Shown here one piece after another: positions 51,225 to 59,095 of a stretch of 64,000 nt of DNA. The stretch is from an uncultured virus (IMG/VR IMGVR_UViG_3300037424_001060) (Duplodnaviria > Heunggongvirae > Uroviricota > Caudoviricetes). Below the pieces are notes generated by a model. That model was given only the letters and a program-made list of their open reading frames with translations, ran no database searches and had not been told where the DNA came from. Both the position numbers and the translations under genes were made by a program. The first letter of the stretch is position 1, and the number at the start of each line of letters is the position of its first letter. The stretch lies in the IMG/VR virus record IMGVR_UViG_3300037424_001060; one strand, given 5' to 3'.

Positions 51225-51725
51225 TCATTTGCAGTTCTCCGCTTGTTCCAGGGCGTCAAAGATACTGTCCGCGCTCGGCGGGATGTAAGTTGTACCGTTC
51301 ATCTTAGACGGTAAAGCCAGGATCAGCTTCCGCAGGGTCACGGACTGGGCGTCGATAAGGGCGTTGGCACGCTTCGCAAAATCCCCATATTCCAACGAGT
51401 TCAGGGCACTCTTTAGCTTTACCTTGCACCCCAGGCTGTCCATCTTTTCCCGGTTCAATGCGATCCAGTGGACGTCCGCCGACGGTGTGTGGGACACCAA
51501 GGTCGGCCCGGAAGAACGACCCGTCGTTGTGGAAGGTTCTGGGGTCCATGCACACCGGCCACCGTCGAACGTCGGGTTGTACGGCGGCGGTTGCACTGAA
51601 TGAGTACGGACAGGACGCGGCGTAACATCCATCAGGTATACGACTAGAGGGCGCTGGTACTGGGCGTGAGATTCCACGCAGCACATCACCAGACTTAAAA
51701 AGGTCAGGATGATACATTTATTCAT
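51225..51725 (-). CDS. Secreted hypothetical protein
   Basis: MNKCIILTFLSLVMCC signal-like N-terminus. Confidence 0.6.
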   Translation of the reverse strand: MNKCIILTFLSLVMCCVESHAQYQRPLVVYLMDVTPRPVRTHSVQPPPYNPTFDGGRCAWTPEPSTTTGRSSGPTLVSHTPSADVHWIALNREKMDSLGCKVKLKSALNSLEYGDFAKRANALIDAQSVTLRKLILALPSKMNGTTYIPPSADSIFDALEQAENCK

Positions 51726-54220
51726 CACCTTCCTCTTCCTCTTCCTCGTCGGCCACTGCCACACCACCGCTCGCGTTGACCGGCTTCAACACGCCGGGGA
51801 TCGGTGCCAGAACGGCGATCAACTCTTCGCTGTCGAGAGTCTGGATGTAAGGGTAGCCCAGTTGGGTCCGCTGGTGGGCCAGAGCCACGAGCTGCGGACG
51901 CGACAGCGAGTTGAGGTGTTTCTTCAGTTTCTTGGAATTGGTCATGTTATGTCCCTTGAAGGTAAAGTTGTCTGTACACTCAATCATTGCATACAAACCG
52001 GCCGGTGTCAAGCGAAATCCGGGATAATTAGTAGCGGTTATTCGGTCGCCAAAGTACAGCCACAAAACAGGGCACCCCGTCGTAATGGTACAATGCCAAG
52101 GGCAGTTCAATATGCCAGTGGTTGTTCAGCAGCTCTTGGAGCCGGGCGGCGAATCCGTGTGCAGAGTGGTCAAGCACGTAATATTCTCTGGTCATTGTCG
52201 TCTCCCTGGTGTATTACCATCTTTTCGTCGGAGGATCATTTGTAAACCCGGCCGGAACAAACAAGTCGAGATAAGGTTTAATCAGCCGGCACGCCTCGAA
52301 CAATTCCGGGTAGCCTTCGCACAGGACCCAAATGTAGAAATCATAGGGGCACACAACCTCTACCAGAAAGGCTGCCGGGTAGCCCTTCTCGTCGTATCGA
52401 ACCCACAGGGCCACATACTCTTCAGGATATGGGCTGACGTCATACAGCGCATTCGTGTAATGCCAGCCAAGGCTTGTCATGAACTTTCGATAGTCCATGT
52501 CTTCCGGCTGTTTCGGCATGAAGCCGGGCTCCGCCACCACGAGCTTTCCGTCCCGCACCATCAGTTCCTTTTGCATTGCCAGCTCCCTGGTGTTACACTT
52601 TGTCTCGGTAAAGAACGGCGGTTATAAACGACGTGTCCCCGGCCTCGTATGTGGCGAGGTTGCTTTCCAGTTTCCAACCTCCCTCCAGAAGCTGGTACAG
52701 GTCACGTGGGTGATTAACTACATCACAATCCAGTACACAAAATTCTCGCATCATTCAACACCCCACAAGCCAACAAGCCAGGAAATAAAATGCGGCAAAG
52801 GCAACGGATATCGCCGCGACGATTGTGGCCATATAGAAAAGGACGATCAACTTAACCACCCCAGTTACATGGCCTTCGACCATCTTAATTTCTTTGTCAA
52901 TCATTCTCACGATCAGCTCCCTGTTTCAATTGTAGCAACCGTTTCAATTCGTCCTCGTCATACACGATATTGACGAGGCGTGCCTGCTGGTAGCTGGTCG
53001 GCACTAACGCGATCGCTCCGAGTGCGTGCCGGCAGCCAGCCACACCCCAATGAAGTTGGATACCATCATCACCGCGAACACTGACTTCCAAATCCACGCC
53101 CTCGTGTGACACAATCACTCGATCCGATTGGACGTAGTAGGTGCTGTCGCGGTGCTTGTTCGTGTTGTCATCATAGATGTAGTTTTCGTACCGGATCTTG
53201 GAGGGCGTCTGGGAATCTTCGAACGCCTTCAAGCGAGCGGCGGCTTCATCACGCTGTCGCACCAGTGTGGCAATATGGTCCCGTGCGTACTTTGGCAACT
53301 TGTCGAGTTTGTCAGGGCTCAGCATGATCTTAGTCCCAGGATTACTTTTACTGTGCTGGTAATACCCCAGCAGATGAGAAAAATACCGGCGAACTTGGTG
53401 TTATCCAGATAGAGGGCAGTACCAAGAACAGTACACAATGCCGCGTCTCGAATGTCGAGTTGCTGAGATGTGGCGTGCAAAATGAAGTCCAAGGGTGCTT
53501 TCATGGCTTGAAGTTCTCCACACCTTCGGGGAACGTGGCGGCAAGGGCAATGATCCCGTCAAAAGAATGCTTCCCGCATCCGGTGGCCCGGTCGCGGAAC
53601 ACTTCGGTATTGTGTCCCGCTTGTCGGATGTAAATCCGCTTTGGAGTCACCTTCACGACGATGTATTGGCTGCCATTCGAACGGAAGAACGACGGCTCTT
53701 CCACCCACACTACTTTCCGTGCGGCATCGTCGGCAAGATTTCGTTCGGCCACCTTTACCTCGCGTTGGGCCTCACTGATCTCCCCGCCGGACCAAATCGA
53801 CACCAACTCTCTGATGCGCGTCTCTTTTGCTTTGAGCTGCGCACTGAGTTCTGTCGTTTCTTCTTTGAGCCGATCACGCTCGTCTTTTAGACCCTGGACC
53901 TTTTTCTTGGCCAGTTCCACCGCTCGCTCTAACTTGTTCATGCCTGTGTCTCCGAGAACGATATAGTGTCCCAGCCAGGGGGCCAGATGATTCGCTGGTG
54001 AAAATCTTCATACTCATCACCAGGATACACGTCAACAGTGTAGCAGGCATCACACCACAAATGATGTCGCAGAGGTTCCAGCGTTTTTCGTAGCCATTCC
54101 AGCCCGCTTTCATTGAACATCGGCCCGTAGTGATTCACCACGCAAGCCACGGCATAAACCAGTTCGTCCATCAGTTGATCTGTGTTACGATTGCTCATTG
54201 TATCCCCAGTCTATCAGTAA

Positions 54221-54295
54221 ACGAACAGCAGGGAGTCGAACCCCATGCACCCGTTGGATGCAGTCACCGTACCAGCTCGCCTCCGGTGTGCTCGT
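54221..54295 (-). ncRNA. Degenerate tRNA-like element
   Basis: T-loop GGGG-TTCGACT-CCC and ACGAGCA/TGTTCGT closing stem; no clear anticodon arm. Confidence 0.4.
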
Positions 54296-54318
54296 CAGCG
54301 CCTAGGATTTCACCGAAG

Positions 54319-54429
54319 TGGTCGGGGCACGATTCGAACGTGCATATGTGGGACTGAACCCACGTCGGCGGTCGCGAGCCACCTCACCCTATTTTTTAAG
54401 GGTGTGTCTACCAATTTCACCACCCGACC
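54319..54429 (-). ncRNA. tRNA-Leu-like RNA with aberrant anticodon arm and two-hairpin variable region (111 nt)
   Basis: GGTCGGG/CCCGACC-A acceptor; GTG-AAATTGGTAGA-CAC D-arm; ACCCT-TAAAAAAT-AGGGT; GCACG-TTCGAAT-CGTGC T-arm. Confidence 0.75.
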
Positions 54430-54433
54430 AAAA

Positions 54434-54510
54434 CCAAGGGTAGGGATTCGAACCCCACAAGCCGCCCGCTACGGTGCCCTCAGTCCGCCGCTCAGTCGTG
54501 CCCTTTTTGG
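54434..54510 (-). ncRNA. Degenerate tRNA-like element
   Basis: GTGGGG-TTCGAAT-CCCTAC T-arm; AAGGG/CCCTT stem. Confidence 0.4.
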
Positions 54511-55046
54511 GCCATACTGAAACCGGTGTTTGCACACGGCGTAACGCGGGGTGTGCAACCCGCATGTATCAACTATGCGCCATCGTCGCGCACCTGAGCG
54601 ATCTAGTCTTTCTCTATCTCGGCGAGAATTTGGTCAAACGTGCCAACCACATGAATTTCTACTTCGCCCAGTGATTGGTTACACGCAGAATACACCAATC
54701 TTGTTATATCCGGGCGTGTTGTTGACCGAACACGACGGATATCCATACGGTCGACTGCAATTCGACCGCCTTCAAACTCCCGAAAAACACACATTTGTCT
54801 CATAATACTCCCGCCTACTCTCCATCAGTGGCCAAATCTGCTAATCGCTTCAATATGGTCATGTTGTGACTTGTCTGTGGGCACACACGTGTGTCCCCAT
54901 CATTCGAAGTTGCAGCGACGAGGGCCTGAAAATTTCCTCGCCAGCAGCCACCCAGTTGGCTATCCCGCAAGATGAAGGAAACCTTTACCCCTGCGGATGG
55001 CTGGTCGTATTCCAGTCGTATCATACATCACCTTTTATTATGGGCA

Positions 55047-55140
55047 AACTAGGAGCAGTGGAGTTGGGTACTCTCGTTCTATCTCGGTCGGTCCAGGCCG
55101 ACTGTAGCCATTCCCACTGGCGTTGTCACCACTCCTAGTC
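55047..55140 (-). ncRNA. Structured multi-stem ncRNA candidate
   Basis: 14-bp closing stem GACTAGGAGTGGTG/CACTGCTCCTAGTT enclosing three hairpins. Confidence 0.55.
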
Positions 55141-55173
55141 ATACCATCTTAGCTTTCGCTCCGGTTGCCCAAA

Positions 55174-55257
55174 TGGAAGATGAAGGAATTGAACCTCTTG
55201 CCGCCACCACACATATTAAGGCAACAGATTTACAGTCTGCCGTGTGGAACACCTTCC
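55174..55257 (-). tRNA. tRNA-Tyr(GTA)-like with truncated D-arm and long variable arm
   Basis: GGAAGGT/ATCTTCC-A acceptor; GCAGA-CTGTAAA-TCTGT anticodon arm; TTCAATT T-loop. Confidence 0.7.
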
Positions 55258-55264
55258 AATATAG

Positions 55265-55368
55265 TGAGAGGGCCAGGATTTGAACCTGGAAGCCATGTGC
55301 TGGTCAGCGCTAACCGTGTCGCACGGGCACCCTTTTCAGGACGCGTTTGCCAATTTCGCCACCCTCTC
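55265..55368 (-). ncRNA. tRNA-Leu-like RNA with a GAAA tetraloop in place of the anticodon loop (104 nt)
   Basis: GAGAGGG/CCCTCTC-A; GCG-AAATTGGCAAA-CGC; TCCT-GAAA-AGGG; CCAGG-TTCAAAT-CCTGG. Confidence 0.78.
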
Positions 55369-55371
55369 AAA

Positions 55372-55737
55372 TTAAGTAACAGCTTTTCCTTTTCTGTATT
55401 TGCGCATTTCTTTTGCTACTGCTTTCCGACACAATTCACATCTACACCCGTGGTCACTGTACATTCCTTTACTTCCATGTTGAACTTTCCTCGGATGATG
55501 TATTTTCTGATGACATTCCTCACACACCGGAACACACTTTGCCAATTCGGCTTCTATTCTTTCTCTTTTCCATGTCCATATATTGTGTCCTTCCTTTTTG
55601 TCTGGATCAAGATGGTGCCAATCAGTGGCCGGTTTTCCACAGTATTCGCATACCCTGTTATCAGATTATTCTGCCCGCCTAGCAGCTTTCCACTTTCTAG
55701 CATATTCTCGTTTCTGTTCTTTGTCTTTGTAAGGCAT
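55372..55737 (-). pseudogene. HNH endonuclease pseudogene (in-frame TAA at codon 24 plus a frameshift)
   Basis: MPYKDKEQKREY...RAE*SDNRVCEYCG..DWHHLDP, then shifted frame IEAELAKCVPVCEECHQKIH...GCRCELC. Confidence 0.75.
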
Positions 55738-55755
55738 TGCTGTCTTTCTTCTAAG

Positions 55756-55824
55756 TAGCGAACTCAGGTGTTGATCCTGACATCCCAGGCTTATGAGGCC
55801 CAGGTGAGCACCGGCCCGTCCGCA
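55756..55824 (-). tRNA. tRNA-Met(CAT), short D-arm, 1:72 mismatch (initiator-like)
   Basis: TGCGGAC/GTTCGCT-A; TGGGC-CTCATAA-GCCTG; TCAGG-ATCAACA-CCTGA. Confidence 0.7.
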
Positions 55825-56595
55825 ATGTATTATGTGGTGTACACTTTAGGGTTAAGACTGCCATATGTTCGCATCAAACACAGTGTCTTAATCTCATCCG
55901 GTATATCCCCAATGAACCACACCACATTAACCGCCACGCTTTTTAAGCCACTCTTTCGCAGTGTACGAACATGCAGGCTGCCTTTGCCAACGTAAGTAGA
56001 CAACTCCATCAGCCCATCACCAACGATCAATACACTGTCGCCGTCGGCAGCCATCTTTATTGCGTTGTTCCAGTTCATCGCGTCTTGGCCTTCTCGATGC
56101 TGCCGAGCAGGCGGGCACGCTCTCGAACGGCCCCGACGCCTTGCCCAAGGCGATGATCCAGGGTCCCTAACTGCTGGGCGTCCGAACGCTTCGCGCGGGC
56201 CACAGCGTTCTCTTCACGCAACCCCTTAACAACCTCTTGACGCTCTTTCCACAACTCGCTCATGTCAGTCTCCAGGATATGTGGCAATTGCCAGGACCCA
56301 ACCACAGAACAAACCCAACAAGCTACAAACCAGCCCCAGAACGTAGCCGTTGTATGCGTTCACAATCGCAGGCGGTGTGTTTATGGCGATCAACCCGATG
56401 CCGAGGTAAAAGTAAAACCGGTCACTCATGGAAATCTCCCGCTGTCTTCAAGAAGTGTTATCATTACCAAGCCGCACAATACGCCAAACGAGCAACAAAT
56501 AGCGCCGATAAATGACACATAAAGAGCACATAACGCCGACGCCGGCAAATTGACGACTATCAGCACCAGCCCACCATAGAAGCAGCTCTGGTTTT

Positions 56596-56730
56596 TCATT
56601 CCCCGATGCCCTTCTTAAACTCCGAGATGCTTGATCCGAGTGACTTCATTACACTCGGTAACCGGTTGCCAAACAGTAAAATCAGAACGATGCCGCAAAT
56701 TATCAGCTCAGTAGGACCCAATCCAAACAT
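56596..56730 (-). CDS. tatA: Twin-arginine translocase TatA/E subunit
   Basis: MFGLGPTELIICGIVLILLFGNRLPSVMKSLGSSISEFKKG (TM helix, FG hinge, amphipathic helix). Confidence 0.9.
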   Translation of the reverse strand: MFGLGPTELIICGIVLILLFGNRLPSVMKSLGSSISEFKKGIGE

Positions 56731-56821
56731 GTTCACCCCTCTCTCAAAATGTGTTACAGAGGGACATGCAGCCACCAAGGCATTAACTCCAGGTGTCCAC
56801 AACGCCACACCTCCCTCTCAG

Positions 56822-56905
56822 CGACTGGGGCAGGAGTCGAACCTGCAACGACCGGGACAGGGCCAAGGCCCCAGCCCAGATGTCCTCCCCTTGCATCACC
56901 CAGTC
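56822..56905 (-). ncRNA. tRNA-like RNA with an elongated anticodon arm capped by a CUUG tetraloop
   Basis: GACTGGG/CCCAGTC-G; ATG...CAT D-stem; CTGGG..GGGC-CTTG-GCCC..CCCGG; GCAGG-TTCGACT-CCTGC. Confidence 0.72.
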
Positions 56906-56969
56906 TACCCCTGCTGGCCATGTCACCATTCCAGCTTACAAGTCGGAGTCAACCGCGCCTTTTGCTTAC

Positions 56970-57160
56970 CAAAGTCTCAGCAGGAATCGAACCTGCGTCC
57001 GTCGTACCAACCCTCTGCGAACGAGCCGGAATCGAACCGGCGATGCTTTGAACCCCTCTCGCGGTCCCCTTTTCAGCGGTTACAGCCGCTACTAAGGCCA
57101 CGGCACACCTGCCGCGAGTTCCCGTGGTCAGGGCAGGGCAGCTACTCCTGCCCAGGGGCC
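56970..57160 (-). ncRNA. Structured RNA region with two tandem T-arm-like hairpins
   Basis: GCCGG-TTCGATT-CCGGC and GCAGG-TTCGATT-CCTGC, plus hairpins GGGCAGG/CCTGCCC, AGCGG/CCGCT, CCACGG/CCGTGG. Confidence 0.45.
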
Positions 57161-57162
57161 AG

Positions 57163-57266
57163 TTGGACGAGTGGGACTCGAACCCACAACTCCCGCTTGA
57201 GTGTGCCTCAGTCATGACTTGGGTCGTTCACCCACGGGTTGTGATTGCCGTTATCACTATCGTCCA
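57163..57266 (-). ncRNA. tRNA-like RNA with a branched insertion replacing the anticodon loop (104 nt)
   Basis: TGGACGA/TCGTCCA-A; GTGA-TAACGGCAA-TCAC; CCCG[~39 nt, 2-3 hairpins]CGGG; GTGGG-TTCGAGT-CCCAC. Confidence 0.75.
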
Positions 57267-57381
57267 CAAGGGTGTATACTCCCCTTGCTTACCATCTGTT
57301 ATCGAGAGTCCATTCGGTAGCTGCAACTACAAACTTCGCCACTTTGCAGGTTACCAGGATGATGTCCCGCTCTCAATTTCC

Positions 57382-57732
57382 TTACAATTCTCTGTCTGGG
57401 TCAAAGTGAATCTCTGCGTGACAATTCTTGCACACTAGTTCACATTTGTCAAGTTCTAACTTTACTTTATCCCAGGCCCGTGTTCGCCCGTTCTGACCGA
57501 TTCCATACTCTTTGTCATCGTGTGGATGATGGAACTCCAACGCTGACGGACACTTATCGTACCCACAGTGAAAGCATGCTCCACCCTTGTACTCAATGGC
57601 TTTCAGCTTGAGCCTACGACGCCAACGGGTTACCTTACCGGGATCTTTACGGTTACACTCTATAGAGCAGTAAAGAGTGTGACCCTTTCTTCTAGGCTCA
57701 AACTCATTGCCGCAATATACACACGTCAACAT
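57382..57732 (-). CDS. HNH endonuclease inside the tRNA cluster
   Basis: KGGACFHCGYDKCPSALEFHH...ELDKCELVCKNCHAEIH. Confidence 0.88.
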   Translation of the reverse strand: MLTCVYCGNEFEPRRKGHTLYCSIECNRKDPGKVTRWRRRLKLKAIEYKGGACFHCGYDKCPSALEFHHPHDDKEYGIGQNGRTRAWDKVKLELDKCELVCKNCHAEIHFDPDREL

Positions 57733-57747
57733 ACTTTGTTCTCCTAG

Positions 57748-57820
57748 CTGCCAGAACTGGAGTCGAACCAGTAACCACCGCTTTAACAGAGCGGCGCACT
57801 ACCTGTTGTGCTATCTGGCA
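57748..57820 (-). tRNA. tRNA-Asn(GTT), canonical cloverleaf, CCA not encoded
   Basis: TGCCAGA/TCTGGCA-G; GCAC/GTGC; CCGCT-CTGTTAA-AGCGG; ACTGG-TTCGACT-CCAGT. Confidence 0.95.
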
Positions 57821-57959
57821 GTGTGGCGAGCGTTACTCGCCGCGTTTCATTGTCCTAACCTCACATTTGCAGGGTTACAGGCTTTCGGCCCGTTGAACAA
57901 CAGTTATCTTCGGCCGGCGTTTCTTATCTCTTTGCCAGCCACGTCTCTTGTGTATCTAA

Positions 57960-57988
57960 ATGTTACAGCACAGAACCGGGGTTGTCAA
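57960..57988 (-). promoter_or_regulatory. sigma70-like promoter TTGACA-N17-TAACAT at the head of the tRNA/ncRNA cluster
   Basis: Consensus match upstream of tRNA-Asn. Confidence 0.7.
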
Positions 57989-58261
57989 CTCGATTATCCC
58001 AGAAACTTTATGTCACGCGGCAACTCAGTGAAGTATGCCGGCGGTATCTTACCGTCTTCGGTTACTTCCTTTGACAACGGGTGGTCGTCTCCCAGCGAAT
58101 ATCTACAAACAATGGCACCAGCATCGACCAGAGCCAAGCCATTAAGAAACCCGGCCACGAACACGGAGATCTTTTCATGATATTCGCCTCCGAAGAAATT
58201 CAACTGGTTATTGACATAGATGGCGGTGACTCCGTCCCCATCCGGGTCGAAGTAAACAATA

Positions 58262-58633
58262 TCAATCAGCATATGGGTATACCTTCAGGTGATAGGAAAG
58301 GTCGGAATCTTCCAGGTGCCGGGGTAACTTGCGAAATACCCCACTAATGGGGTCATAATACTTTCCCCGATGCCAGACCACCCAGTGGGCGGCTTCCCGG
58401 TCTTTTGATTGGAAATACAGCAGGGCAGTGTCATCCCGCTCTGGAGGCCCTGGTGTCCACCGTGGCGCGTGCGGAACCCTAAAGGCACTCAGAGCCACCG
58501 TTAGATCCTTTGTGCGTGTCTGACCCTCCACGCGGGCCAGCATAACGGCTTCGTCCAGGGAGATGCCCAGCAGGGTCGCGATGCACGCCTGCCCGCAAAG
58601 GTTACTGCCCGGCGGCTGTCTCACAAGTTTCAT
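58262..58633 (-). CDS. C39-like cysteine peptidase
   Basis: RQPPGSNLCGQACIA ... HWVVW ... YYDP. Confidence 0.8.
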   Translation of the reverse strand: MKLVRQPPGSNLCGQACIATLLGISLDEAVMLARVEGQTRTKDLTVALSAFRVPHAPRWTPGPPERDDTALLYFQSKDREAAHWVVWHRGKYYDPISGVFRKLPRHLEDSDLSYHLKVYPYAD

Positions 58634-59095
58634 CTTTCAGTGCTCCGTGCTTCCCGAACAATTTCCAACGCCTTGTTCATCTCCATAACGAACCTCTCGG
58701 TTTCCCAGTGCATCGTGCCCGGTATCCTGTCACCATAGTGAACTTCATCGGGCTCGGCTATCAGCGTCACCATCCCATCATCAGTATACTTGATAATGGT
58801 GAACGCGCTGTCTTCCATCTCCAGCTTATGGAGAAGGGACAGCAGATTTCGCCTACTCAATTTTACTTCGATCATATCTGCCTTTCTGATTAGTGTTCCT
58901 CCCCGGAAATGTTTCCGGGGCGATGACCCCTTAATGTTTTTCCTTTTCCCTTGTGATCCTTTCGGGGTGCCATAGACGAGTTTCCCACATATTTCTTCTC
59001 GGCTCGATCGGATCTACCGGCCCGCAACACGGTGTCCGGTTTGTAGTGCTTAGAGTAATTACATACCGGCTTAGGGGTGAAGTCATCTTCGCTTA

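Noticed and set aside
54319..57266. tmRNA or group I intron-containing tRNAs
   Set aside because: No Ala-type G3-U70 acceptor or tag ORF was seen, and the inserts (about 40 nt) are far too short for group I introns.
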